The position numbers and the translations under genes are program-made. Positions 1 through 9,696 of a stretch of DNA of 64,000 bases are shown piece by piece (position 1 is the first letter of the stretch; every line of letters starts with the position of its first letter). Source of the DNA: Kiritimatiellia bacterium (GTDB lineage Bacteria > Verrucomicrobiota > Kiritimatiellia > RFP12 > DVOR01). The notes beneath the pieces are model-generated. The model searched no databases, was not told the origin of the DNA, and was given only the letters and a program-made list of their open reading frames with translations. The stretch lies in NCBI GenBank assembly GCA_036651955.1, contig JAVVWU010000005.1:1153-65152 (forward strand), read 5' to 3'.

Positions 1-1
1 T

Positions 2-151
2 GCCGGATTGGTCGGTGCGGCGGGCTGTTATGTCGCGCATCATGTGTTGCTTCTGCGCATCAATGCGCTGTCGTTGGAGATGGATACGAGTGTGTCTTTG
101 ATGTTGGATTATTTGGCGCGTTGTCCCGAGGGGGAGGCGGTCAATGGGTAA
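2..151 (+). CDS. MotA/TolQ/ExbB-family proton channel, C-terminal fragment (5' end outside window)
   Basis: The frame is open from the window edge to TAA at 149-151. The tail AGLVGAAGCYVAHHVLLLRINALSLEMD resembles the last TM helix and C-terminus of ExbB/TolQ. It overlaps the next start by 8 nt. Confidence 0.35.
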   Translation, partial: AGLVGAAGCYVAHHVLLLRINALSLEMDTSVSLMLDYLARCPEGEAVNG

Positions 152-632
152 GAACGAACCGAAGAGTTATTTTAGTTGGCAGCGACATTCTTTTACTGGA
201 AGCCGTTGGCCGCATAATCGTGTGGTTCGTTCATTTCTTTTGATGGTGCCATGGATTGATCTTGTCGTTGCAGGGATGTTGGTTTTTTTGATTGGACAGC
301 AAACGATTGTTCAGCCGGGGCGTGTCGTGGAATTGCCACAGGCGCCGATGTCAGATGGATTATTGGCGCGTTGCCCCACGGCAGTTATTCGTCGCTTGGT
401 GGCTCCTGGACGTGCAGAATGTACGGTTTTACTGTTGGACGAGGGGCGATATTCTTCGGATAATCCGTTAGAGCTTGAGGCATTGGCGCAGACGCATCCG
501 GGACCGGAGTTGAATTTGGTCGTGGATAAGGCGGTTCCGTATGGCGAGGCTTTGGCGTGGGTGGAAAGACTGCGCGCGTGTGGTACGGAACGGGTGAATT
601 TAGTTGAGACGGTCGTGGAGACGGGGAACTGA
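144..632 (+). CDS. ExbD/TolR-like biopolymer transport protein
   Basis: 162 aa with one N-terminal TM helix (LLMVPWIDLVVAGMLVFLIG) followed by an ExbD-like periplasmic domain (LNLVVDKAVPYGEALAWVERLRACG). Its stop overlaps the next ATG (TGATG). Confidence 0.5.
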   Translation: MGKNEPKSYFSWQRHSFTGSRWPHNRVVRSFLLMVPWIDLVVAGMLVFLIGQQTIVQPGRVVELPQAPMSDGLLARCPTAVIRRLVAPGRAECTVLLLDEGRYSSDNPLELEALAQTHPGPELNLVVDKAVPYGEALAWVERLRACGTERVNLVETVVETGN

Positions 633-1381
633 TGATGGCACGTCGTCTGAATATTGAGCGTCGCCGGAAACGGATTCGCCATTATACGGAACGTCGTCGC
701 CAAAGATCTCCTGTGCGGCGTGCGTTTACATATTGGTGGGCGACCGTGCTGTTGTTGACGATGACGCTGGGATGTTTGGCGATGTTGATTGTGGCAACGA
801 ATCCTTTTGGTCGCGGTGCAATGTTAGGTCGCGGGCGTTACGCATTGCCTTTTTCTGGGCTTCGGCTTGTACGTGCGCCGGCGGCGGAAGTAGCAGCGAT
901 TGTTCGTGCAGGGAATGCGAAGCGTTTAGCGGGGGCTTTGAGTGATGAGGATATTGGCATTTCGCTCAAGACGCTTCCTGTGGAACTGGCGCAATTAGAC
1001 TTTCAGCCGTTGCCGCCTTTGGCTTTAGGCGATATGGAAGCGGTATGCGTTTCGGAGGTGCATCTGGTGCCACCTTTTGTGCCGCAGCCAGAGGTGCGGA
1101 AGGATCGGGCGATTCGGGCGCGTTTTTCGCCGTTGTTGTTGGCGGCGAACTATCGATTGTTCGCGGAATTTCCTGCGCCAAAGGGGACACGGGGAGAGGC
1201 GATTTTTGAGATTGTTTTGGACGATAATGGGATTCCCGAATCGGTGCTACGGTTGCGACCGAAGGGGAATGAAGATGATTGGTTACGCGCCTTGCGTATG
1301 GTTCTTGCGAGCGGGAGAGGTCAAGGATCCGCAGCAGGAAGAATTACGATTGATTGGAATACGGAAAGTTCAGCACCATGA
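632..1381 (+). CDS. TonB-like membrane-anchored protein (hypothetical)
   Basis: 249 aa with an Arg-rich cytoplasmic N-terminus and a single TM helix. The C-terminal segment (GEAIFEIVLDDNGIPESVLRLRP...WLRALRMVL) weakly resembles the TonB C-terminal domain. It follows the exbB/exbD-like genes. Confidence 0.3.
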   Translation: MMARRLNIERRRKRIRHYTERRRQRSPVRRAFTYWWATVLLLTMTLGCLAMLIVATNPFGRGAMLGRGRYALPFSGLRLVRAPAAEVAAIVRAGNAKRLAGALSDEDIGISLKTLPVELAQLDFQPLPPLALGDMEAVCVSEVHLVPPFVPQPEVRKDRAIRARFSPLLLAANYRLFAEFPAPKGTRGEAIFEIVLDDNGIPESVLRLRPKGNEDDWLRALRMVLASGRGQGSAAGRITIDWNTESSAP

Positions 1382-3631
1382 AAAAAGCTTCTCTTTTTCT
1401 CTGCCTCGCTTTGATGCCGTGGCTTCTCGTCGCACAGGTGTCATTTCGTAACGTGTCGGAACCGAAATTTGACTCGAAAGGTCGTGCGGTTGAGACGTTG
1501 GATTATGATCGTAAAATTGTGGCAACGAATGGGTTGCCGACGGCGGCAGAATATCGTGCGGAGTTGGCAGAACGCGAGCGGATGAAAAAAGTTGCGAAGG
1601 CTTGTGGCCCGTGGTTTGAGTCGATTCAGCTACTGGAGGTTGAACAGAAGAAAGGTGAGGACGCAAAAGGAGATGGCAGTGTCGGTCTGTCCGATAATGT
1701 CAAGCAGACCGGCGGCGGCATTCTTGCCTATGTGGAGGCGATGCGTGTTTTCAATAGTAATACGTCCGAGGGCGGATCAGTCTCGAAGGATGCGAAGCAA
1801 CTGAAAGCGACGTTGGATGAGCTGTTATATCGTCGAGGAGGAGAAGTTATTTGTGGTCCCTCGCGTGGGGTGAGTATCAAATATCCTTTGGAATTGCTCT
1901 TGGTGCGTTATCAAAGCTGGAAGGCGCAGAGTTTGCCGATGGACGAGCTTTATCCGGCGAAGTCTGCTGATTTGTGGCCGGGGAAAGTTCCTGCCGAGGC
2001 GGAACGTGTCACGAAGAAGATTACACTCTACCCGGGTGAAGGCGGCTATCTGAGCACTGGATTATATGTGCCACCGGGTGAAATTGTAACGATTAAATGT
2101 GGTTCTTTATCGGGGAATTTGACGGCGCAAATCGGATGTCACACCGATGCGCTTGAGCCTCAAATTATGGCGCTTGATGACGATGGACAGCCGGATAAAG
2201 AAATCCCAATCAACTTAATGAAGGTTAAGATGGGGTGGCAGCAGATTACGGACAATCGCCCCTTGTGGCGTTGGCCGAATATGGTGCGTCGCTTTTCGAT
2301 TACGAAGAAACGCCAAGAGATCGGTCACGTGCTCGGTGGCATTCTTTGGTTGACGTGGAGCGGTGGACAACGTCCGATGGAGCTTGAAATTAGCGGATGC
2401 GTGCAGATGCCATGGTTCCGCCTTGGACTTGATACGAATGAAGATTGGGAAAAGACCATTTCAAAATATCAAGCGCCGTGGGGCGAACTTCAATGCAAGA
2501 ATATTATTTTTACTGTTGAAGCGAAGCATATGTTGAAGGTTAAAAATATGGTTGCGCTTGCCCAATGGTGGGGGAAGGCTGCGGCAATTATGCATCGCGT
2601 TTCGGGTCGCAGTTTACCGACAGATACAGAAGCAAATAATTATCGTGCGGCCAAAGCGTGAGTGGGGCATTGTCAATCGTAAATTGGTGCAGCTGAATCT
2701 CGATGCGCCGCCTGATAATGAGGAACTTGTTCGCGCCGCGACGGAAGTCAAAAAAGAAGGTCAAGCGGCGGCGGTTGCCGCCAATCGCTATGGCACAACG
2801 ATTGAACAGGAAAATGTTCCGACCGATCCCAGAGCACCGAAAGCGATGCTCGTTGCCTCGCGTGAGAAAGAACCGAAGTGGACTGCCATCCGAGTCGTTG
2901 ATGATACGCAAATTTCGATTGGTGCAGGACACTCGGGATATCCGATTATGTGTATTTTATGGGGTGGCAGTATGATGCACCTTCCTACGCTTCAACGTGT
3001 CGGATCGTGGGGTGCACTTCATGAGATTGGGCATAATATGGGGCAAGGCGAGAATGGAATCTTCGCGCTTCCCGGCAATATCGAAGTCGTTAACAATTTC
3101 TTTGGCACGTGTGTCATGAACTTGTTGAATAAGACGCGCTTCACCCGTATTATGGACGACCAGTGGAACGATATCGCAAGTAAAGCGGCAAAGAATACAC
3201 CCGACTTATGGAAGGTGGCAGGCGGAAATCGATTAGTATTCTATATGACGTTGGCTCATTATTTCGGCGTGGAGAGTGTCGTGAAAATTGCAATGGATCG
3301 AGGTGACAAATATCCGACCGCTGCGATTGCAGATCGTATTTGTTGTGCGTGGTCGAAGGCGGTACAACGTGACCTTACGCCATACTTTGAAATCTGGGGA
3401 CTTCCGATTTCAAAGGCGACATATACTTATACGCAAGATTGGAAGCCGTGGCCGACAGAAGCAGAAAAGGCCGGACTTTTCAATGGCGGTAATACGATGG
3501 ATTACCGTGGAATACCTTTTGATGAAGGTGGCGAAAGTATGCGGTTTAGTGCTTGTCCCGAAGAACCGATTAAGACGCGGCGTCAATTGCGCGCGCAGGA
3601 GCACTTTAAGAAGACGGTGAAAGAGGACTAG
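1378..3631 (+). pseudogene. M60-like (enhancin-type) zinc metallopeptidase, split by a +1 frame change near 2600-2665
   Basis: Fragment 1 (1378-2661, frame 1) has a signal peptide (MKKASLFLCLALMPWLLVAQ) and an M60 N-domain-like sequence (ITLYPGEGGYLSTGLYVPPGEIVTIKCG). Fragment 2 (frame 2, open from 2552 to 3631) carries RVVDDTQISIGAGHSGYPIM and the HEIGH zinc motif at 3020-3034. Together the two fragments make one normal-length M60 protein. Confidence 0.6.
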
Positions 3632-3666
3632 CGCAAGTTGCGCACTCACTCATTAGGATGAATAAA

Positions 3667-3693
3667 GCCCTCGCATTCTCTGCGAGGGCTTTG
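3667..3693. terminator. Bidirectional rho-independent terminator between convergent genes
   Basis: GCCCTCGCA-ttctc-TGCGAGGGC is a 9-bp stem flanked by AATAAA upstream and TTTG downstream. It lies between the M60 stop and the gspJ-like stop. Confidence 0.5.
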
Positions 3694-3825
3694 TCGTGGG
3701 AGAGGGGAAGTCAGTCGGATCCGTCATAGGGCGTATCTACACCTCTGTTTGTTACCTGCCGGCGAGCGTAAGGAGCGGAGTCGTCATTGGGAGCGGCTCT
3801 GGCGCTTCAAGCGTGGGCAGCGGCG

Positions 3826-4737
3826 CTACGGTTTCGGAGGCGGTGCATTGTTTGTATGTGAGGGCGGTCGGATATTGCCACTGCCTCCGGTACTGTTTCC
3901 CGGATTTTTCCCCGGATTTTGACCGGGGCGGAAGATACCATCAGAGCTATCATCAAATTGTGTGCCATGCCCTTTACCGCCAACGGTTGTCGAGGTTCCG
4001 CGACGCGCTTCATCATTCGCAGACGAACCGAGACTTGGGTTTTGAGAAAGTGCGCCCATGGGGAGCTCTACGATTCGTTTACTCTCAATTGGCTCTTCGT
4101 CTTTCAGCGGTGGCGCCATCCAGAACGTCAGTTCAACGGCAATCGGCAGTGTATTCGTCTTTGCCCAATCATCAATCCAATTAAGTTCTCCATCGGAGGT
4201 TCGAGGTTGATCGGGATCGAGCATTCGGCAGTTAAAGGCAATGACCTTGGGCGAGAGACAGAGTTCGGCGGTATCCTCTTCGGGATTAAACGCTTCAAGT
4301 TGGAGATCCTGTCGCCATGATCGTACGGTAAATCCACCGGGGCTCTTTTCGCCATTGGGTTCGGAAAGATAGGCACGTATTCGATGCGGTACGTTTGAAA
4401 ACTCTGCGTTTTCTCCAATGAGTGCTGGACCGATCTTCGTCCATTCAATGATATCGCGTGCTGATTTTCCTTCTCCGTCATCGGTGAAAACGAAGCCATA
4501 TTTTTCGCCAGATCCCGGCGTATAGGCCGAGCGGAGTGCCGCAGAAAGTTGTTCGAGGAGATAGTCGCTGTGTCCGGTGGCATCAATGACTTCGCGTCCC
4601 GTGGTCCATGCGCGGTTGACACTGTAGAAGGAAGTGAAGAGCATGACGGTGATAAGTCCGAGCAAAGAAAGTGCAATGAGAATTTCAACAAGCGAAAAGC
4701 CCGCCTGCGTAGTACGGTTTGCAGCGGTATGATTCAT
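3826..4737 (-). CDS. Prepilin-type N-terminal cleavage/methylation protein, GspJ-like minor pseudopilin
   Basis: The N-terminus (QAGFSLVEILIALSLLGLITVMLF) is a class III signal. The 303-aa protein ends in a low-complexity G/P/N-rich tail. Its start overlaps the upstream gspI-like stop. Confidence 0.6.
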   Translation of the reverse strand: MNHTAANRTTQAGFSLVEILIALSLLGLITVMLFTSFYSVNRAWTTGREVIDATGHSDYLLEQLSAALRSAYTPGSGEKYGFVFTDDGEGKSARDIIEWTKIGPALIGENAEFSNVPHRIRAYLSEPNGEKSPGGFTVRSWRQDLQLEAFNPEEDTAELCLSPKVIAFNCRMLDPDQPRTSDGELNWIDDWAKTNTLPIAVELTFWMAPPLKDEEPIESKRIVELPMGALSQNPSLGSSANDEARRGTSTTVGGKGHGTQFDDSSDGIFRPGQNPGKNPGNSTGGSGNIRPPSHTNNAPPPKP

Positions 4738-5126
4738 TAGGAAGCCTTTCGAATGTAACGGATGATTTCTTCCCGTTGTCGTTCGTTATCCCATGAGACT
4801 ACCGTTCGTACCACGTAGAGCCCATCATCTTCAACGCCCTCTTCGGGGTCTTCTTTTTCATCGACTGTTCGCGAGAAGGTAAATCCTTCCACAAGTGACG
4901 TGTCAGAGTCTACTGGGATTTCCTTTTCAATGTCTTTGATATCGCGTAAGGGATGACGCATTTCGCCGAGAGAAAAGACATAGGCGACTTCTTGCCGATT
5001 ACGTGAAACTTCGACCATGCGGACGTTGACAATAATTGATTTATAAATGGCTGTGAGCCCCGCACCCAAAATGATGACCGCGAGAATGACCTCAAGAAGT
5101 GTGAAGCCTCGACGGTGAGCGTACAT
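4737..5126 (-). CDS. Prepilin-type protein, GspI-like minor pseudopilin
   Basis: The N-terminus is MYAHRRGFTLLEVILAVIILGAGLTAIY. At 129 aa its size is typical of GspI. Confidence 0.6.
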   Translation of the reverse strand: MYAHRRGFTLLEVILAVIILGAGLTAIYKSIIVNVRMVEVSRNRQEVAYVFSLGEMRHPLRDIKDIEKEIPVDSDTSLVEGFTFSRTVDEKEDPEEGVEDDGLYVVRTVVSWDNERQREEIIRYIRKAS

Positions 5127-5129
5127 GGG

Positions 5130-6590
5130 TTAAGCCTTGTCTGTTTGGAGAAGAACTTCCGCAATCGTTTGCTGGAAATTCGACGTTAGAACGGTTGAGA
5201 ACTGTTCTGAAATTTTGACAAGCGGACCTTGTGGACGCGATCTGCGAATAACATTTTCGCCCTGTGTATTATCAAGACAGGCATTGATGATATCGGAGAT
5301 TTTGAGTTGAGTTGAACAGCGACTGAGGACATAACCTGAAGGCGTGTCATCTGCAGTTCCTTCAGAGACGGGAATGAGAATGTGATTGCGTTCGAGCAGA
5401 GCTGCAATGCGGACAATGTCACGGGCGGGGAGCGCAAACTCTTTGGCAAACGTTTCGAAATTGAGCGGACGATTGTTCTCTTGGATGGACTGTGCCGAAC
5501 GAAGCACGAGTGCAAGGGCAATCACAATGCTATCGCGCTCCGAAGGGTGGGAGAACGCATACTCGCGTACCAATTCGGTGTGATGTTGGTGAACGTAGCA
5601 AATCTCAGCACCAAAGAGAATAATTTGCCAACTTGAGTAAATCCAAAAGAGCAAGATGGGGAGCGCAATCAGGGAGCCGTAAAGGGCACTGTTGTTGGCG
5701 ATGCCGACTTGAAGAATAACGCAAAGTTTGAAAAAAACAGTGATAATGAGCGTGGTGGCAATGGCACCTAAGAAGCAACTGGAAAGGCGAATTTTTGTAT
5801 TGGGCAGGAATCCAAAAAGGAACGCAAAAAGGACAACGCCAATGATGAACGGGACAAGGAGGTTGAAAACGCCAAGGCTTGTAATGAAGGTCGCAAGTTT
5901 TCCGGCATGAGGATTGAGTTTTGTGACGGCATCCAGAACGGGAAGCGAAGTGGAGGCTAACAAAAGGAGTGGGACAATAATAATGACACTGAGATAGTCT
6001 GTAAATTTACGCCATAAAGGGCGCGGTTTTGCGACTTCCCAAATCATATTAAAACTGTTCTCAATCTTTCCAAGTACACCAATAACCATAAAGATGAGCG
6101 CAACTGCACCTACGGTTCCAATTTTGGCAAAGTTAATAGAATCAATTTGCTTGAAAACTTTTTGGCAAAGGGCGCGTAACTCTACGGCGAATGCAGCTTG
6201 AGTTGAGTTTTTGGTATGACTTTGATCCGTTGCGCTAGGAACGGTATCGGTCGTTACACGCGGAACAAGATGAGACTCATTTTGAGCAGCGTTCTGTTCC
6301 ATTGCGGCAGCAAAGACATCAATCTTCGCCATGATTTTACGTTCGGCAAGATCTCTTGCGCCGAACGTCTTAAGCGATGTTAACCCGAGTGCTAACACGG
6401 GGACAATCGCAAGCATCGTAATGTAAGTTAGTGCCGAAGCGTGCAGGAGCGCACCATCGCGCAGGTAAATGCGCACCGTGAGGATTGTGAACCGTAAGGG
6501 ATTGAGCAAAAAGCGTTTCCAAATCGCGCAATCTGCAAGTTCAACTCTCCAAAGAGATTCTATAAAGAATGCTTTGATTGCTTTAATCAT
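5130..6590 (-). CDS. YihY/BrkB-family membrane protein with a C-terminal soluble extension
   Basis: It has the YihY signature region (LLHASALTYITMLAIVPVLALGL) and multiple TM helices. About 150 extra C-terminal residues follow the membrane domain. Confidence 0.7.
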   Translation of the reverse strand: MIKAIKAFFIESLWRVELADCAIWKRFLLNPLRFTILTVRIYLRDGALLHASALTYITMLAIVPVLALGLTSLKTFGARDLAERKIMAKIDVFAAAMEQNAAQNESHLVPRVTTDTVPSATDQSHTKNSTQAAFAVELRALCQKVFKQIDSINFAKIGTVGAVALIFMVIGVLGKIENSFNMIWEVAKPRPLWRKFTDYLSVIIIVPLLLLASTSLPVLDAVTKLNPHAGKLATFITSLGVFNLLVPFIIGVVLFAFLFGFLPNTKIRLSSCFLGAIATTLIITVFFKLCVILQVGIANNSALYGSLIALPILLFWIYSSWQIILFGAEICYVHQHHTELVREYAFSHPSERDSIVIALALVLRSAQSIQENNRPLNFETFAKEFALPARDIVRIAALLERNHILIPVSEGTADDTPSGYVLSRCSTQLKISDIINACLDNTQGENVIRRSRPQGPLVKISEQFSTVLTSNFQQTIAEVLLQTDKA

Positions 6591-6599
6591 GGGATATTC

Positions 6600-8378
6600 C
6601 TAAGAATCGAGGACATCGGGGGCATATTTGCGAATGACTTCACGACATCTTTCGGCGACTTCAATCGCAGAAGTGACGTCATTCCGACGAAGGGTGTCAA
6701 CGAGACGTTGCATATCGAAATAGGCAATGCGGCAAATGAGTTCTTTGATACGAGGAATAAGGTTCGCGGACATACTCAATCGACGGATCCCCATCCCGAC
6801 CAACAAGATCGCTGCAAGCGGATCTGAAGCCATTTCGCCACAGACACAGACAGGGCGATTATAAGTTTTTGCAGCCAGAACAACTCCGTGTATCATCGAG
6901 AGAATGACCGGATGAAGTGGTTGATAAAGGTGTGCAACCGATTCATTGCCACGATCGACGGCGAAAGTATACTGTACGAGATCATTTGTACCGATAGAAA
7001 AGAATGCGACCTCTTTGGCAAATCGATGTGCTTGAAGCGCGGCAGAGGGAATCTCAATCATGACTCCCGTAGGAACGTCTCGGCGGAAAGGGATACCTTC
7101 TTTTTCAAGTTCTTGTTTACATTCTTCGACAAAAGAATTGCACGCACGTAATTCATCAAGTGTTGCAATCATCGGATACATCATTTCGCACTCACCCACA
7201 ATGGCGGCACGTAGAATTGCACGAATTTGTGCACGGAATGTTTTCAGATTGTTGAGCAGATAACGGACGGAACGATTCCCAAGGAAGGGGTTCGCTTCAC
7301 TGATGGCTTCACGTCCAATCATTTTATCGCCACCGATATCAAGGACGCGCAACGTTGCAGGCTTTCCTTTGCATGCGCGAATGACATCTGAATAGGCGCG
7401 ATACTGTTCTTCTTCAGAAGGTTCGCGTCCAAGACCGATCCATAAATATTCCGTGCGATAAAGTCCGATACCTTCGGCACCATGTTCACTGATAGCATCA
7501 AACCCAACGCTGTGATCGGTATTGGCAAGGAGGGTGACGCGGACGCCGTCGGGGGTTATCGCTGGTTGATCGGCAAGGCGATGACGATGTTCTTGTGCGG
7601 CACGTTGCGAGGCGGTATCCGCCATGAGTGCAGTTTTGATACTTTCATCGGGGTGGTGCCAAAGGAGTCCATGAAACCCGTCTAAGGCGACTTCGTCACC
7701 CACTTGAATCGACTCTAAGCTTTGCCCAATGCCGACGACGGCAGGAACACCAAGCGCACGTGAGAGAATTGTCACGTGCGCGGTGAGAGAGCCTTGCTCT
7801 GTTGCCATACCGCGAATAAAACGACGCGGAAGCGAAACTGCATCTGAAGGGGAAATTGCATCGGCAATAATGATGGACGGTCGATCAATCGCAGGAAGTG
7901 TTCGCTGAGCATCACCTCCCAGAAGATTGTCAATTAAACGGTCGCGCACATCAACGATATCTGCGACACGTTCGCGCAGGTAGGCATCGCCCATACGTTT
8001 CATGATTTCAATCATTGAGTCAAACGTACCTTGAATCGCCCACTCGGCATTGTCATGTTGATTACGGATACTTTTTACAACGGCAGAAATGAAAAAAGTA
8101 TCGTCCAACATCATGAGATGCGAATCGAAAATTCCGGCTTCTGTAGAGGACGCATGCTGTTCTGTTTTTTTTGCAAGGTCGTCAATTTGTGAACGAGAGG
8201 TGTCAAGTGCGGAATAGAACCGTGCAATTTCCGCATTCAATCTTTTGTCGGGAATTTCATAATGTGGAACGGCGCGTTCTTTTTTTGAAACGAACCGAAC
8301 AACGGGCGCAAATACCAATCCACCAGAGGCCGCAAGACCTCGGTATAATTTTGCATGGCTGGTTGCCGAATCACTCAT
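6600..8378 (-). CDS. ptsI: Phosphoenolpyruvate-protein phosphotransferase (PTS enzyme I)
   Basis: 592 aa. It has the phosphohistidine region (GSLTAHVTILSRALGVPAVVG) and PEP-utilising C-domain motifs (GLYRTEYLW, FFSIGTNDLVQY). Confidence 0.9.
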   Translation of the reverse strand: MSDSATSHAKLYRGLAASGGLVFAPVVRFVSKKERAVPHYEIPDKRLNAEIARFYSALDTSRSQIDDLAKKTEQHASSTEAGIFDSHLMMLDDTFFISAVVKSIRNQHDNAEWAIQGTFDSMIEIMKRMGDAYLRERVADIVDVRDRLIDNLLGGDAQRTLPAIDRPSIIIADAISPSDAVSLPRRFIRGMATEQGSLTAHVTILSRALGVPAVVGIGQSLESIQVGDEVALDGFHGLLWHHPDESIKTALMADTASQRAAQEHRHRLADQPAITPDGVRVTLLANTDHSVGFDAISEHGAEGIGLYRTEYLWIGLGREPSEEEQYRAYSDVIRACKGKPATLRVLDIGGDKMIGREAISEANPFLGNRSVRYLLNNLKTFRAQIRAILRAAIVGECEMMYPMIATLDELRACNSFVEECKQELEKEGIPFRRDVPTGVMIEIPSAALQAHRFAKEVAFFSIGTNDLVQYTFAVDRGNESVAHLYQPLHPVILSMIHGVVLAAKTYNRPVCVCGEMASDPLAAILLVGMGIRRLSMSANLIPRIKELICRIAYFDMQRLVDTLRRNDVTSAIEVAERCREVIRKYAPDVLDS

Positions 8379-8404
8379 GTGTATGCGGTTTGAGTGTTGC
8401 GCTG

Positions 8405-8686
8405 TTATTCATCGGGAAGATCGAATTTACGTTCAACTAAAGCTTCTAATTCATCCACGACTTTTTGGGCTTCTTCACCCGAAGCATGAATCAAGAGAGA
8501 GGTCCCGTTGACCGCTTCAAGCGTCATGAGTGCCATGATACTTTTCCCGGGAACACTGACGCCATCTTTCTCTACCGTGACTTCCGCACGATAACGTGCA
8601 GCAGTTTTGGCGAAAAGTCCAGCAGGGCGTACGTGCATTCCGTACTTATTCTTTAACACGACTGTTTTGGTGACAATTTCATTCAT
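8405..8686 (-). CDS. ptsH: Phosphocarrier protein HPr
   Basis: The ATG at 8686 gives 93 aa. The protein carries GMHVRPAG (His-15 site) and GKSIMALMTLEA (Ser-46 site). The longer ORF in the track looks like an upstream extension. Confidence 0.85.
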   Translation of the reverse strand: MNEIVTKTVVLKNKYGMHVRPAGLFAKTAARYRAEVTVEKDGVSVPGKSIMALMTLEAVNGTSLLIHASGEEAQKVVDELEALVERKFDLPDE

Positions 8687-9671
8687 GATTTTGCTCCAGA
8701 GTTTGATAATGTGCAACGATTTGTTCGTCAAGAATGGCGGCAGCATCAATTCCAGACCGGCGCATTTTGTAAGCTGCGGCGGCAGTCTCGACAACATTCA
8801 CGAAGTCACGTCCTGCGGCAACTGGAACCGTTAACCGCTGAACTTTTAATCCGAGAATGTCACAGGTCTTAACATCTGAACCGGTACGGTCGACATCATC
8901 ATCGTTGTTACAACGACGGAGGGAGACGATGAGATCAAGGCGGCTTTCCAGTTTTACAGCAGCAATACCGTAAAGCGTTGGAAGGTGTAGAAAACCGAGC
9001 CCACGAATCTCCATAAAACCACGCATATGATCTGGCGCGGTACCACGCAAATCGCCATGTGCATCAATGGTGAGTAGGGCGATATCATCGGAAATCAGCG
9101 CATTTCCATGACGCACTAAGCCAAGCGCAGTTTCGCTTTTTCCAATTCCGGGATCACCTTCAAGAAGGACTCCCACGCCACCGACATCTACCAGTGTCCC
9201 GTGCATAAGTGCACGTGGTGCAGTGAGGTCATGTAACAGTAGCGATCCACGAGTAATGAGCCCCAGCGTTTTTTGTTTCGTTGTAAACAAAGGGACAGAA
9301 AAGCGATTTGAGAGTTCAAGTGCATCTGCACCAATCGGTTCTTTCGGCTTTCCGCAGAGAATGACACACGGCACGTCGTGCTGGAGCATCTCTTCCCAAC
9401 GGAACTTCCGTTTTTCAGGTTCCAAGGAGTGAAGATACGTTGCTTCCGCACGCCCAAAGACCTGAATTCTCCGATTCGCAAAGAAATCGTAAAAGCCAGT
9501 CAGCGCCAACCCAGGTCGGTGCATGACGGCTTCTTCAATCGGACGGGAGAGCCCTCTTTCTCCAGACAACAATTCTAACTCCAACGCTTCCCGTGAAGCA
9601 TTGTAGAAAGCCTGCACCGTGAGTTTAGGCGTGGTGCGAGGATTGACTGTTGGCTGTTGAGGAGGGCTCAT
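8679..9671 (-). CDS. hprK: HPr kinase/phosphorylase
   Basis: It has the Walker A motif (GDPGIGKSETALGLVRHG) followed by ISDDIA and MEIRGLG. I chose the start at ATG 9671 (MSPPQQ) because the longer ORF runs into hpf. Confidence 0.85.
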   Translation of the reverse strand: MSPPQQPTVNPRTTPKLTVQAFYNASREALELELLSGERGLSRPIEEAVMHRPGLALTGFYDFFANRRIQVFGRAEATYLHSLEPEKRKFRWEEMLQHDVPCVILCGKPKEPIGADALELSNRFSVPLFTTKQKTLGLITRGSLLLHDLTAPRALMHGTLVDVGGVGVLLEGDPGIGKSETALGLVRHGNALISDDIALLTIDAHGDLRGTAPDHMRGFMEIRGLGFLHLPTLYGIAAVKLESRLDLIVSLRRCNNDDDVDRTGSDVKTCDILGLKVQRLTVPVAAGRDFVNVVETAAAAYKMRRSGIDAAAILDEQIVAHYQTLEQNHE

Positions 9672-9696
9672 TCGTTCGCTGTGTTTCTCTTGAGGC

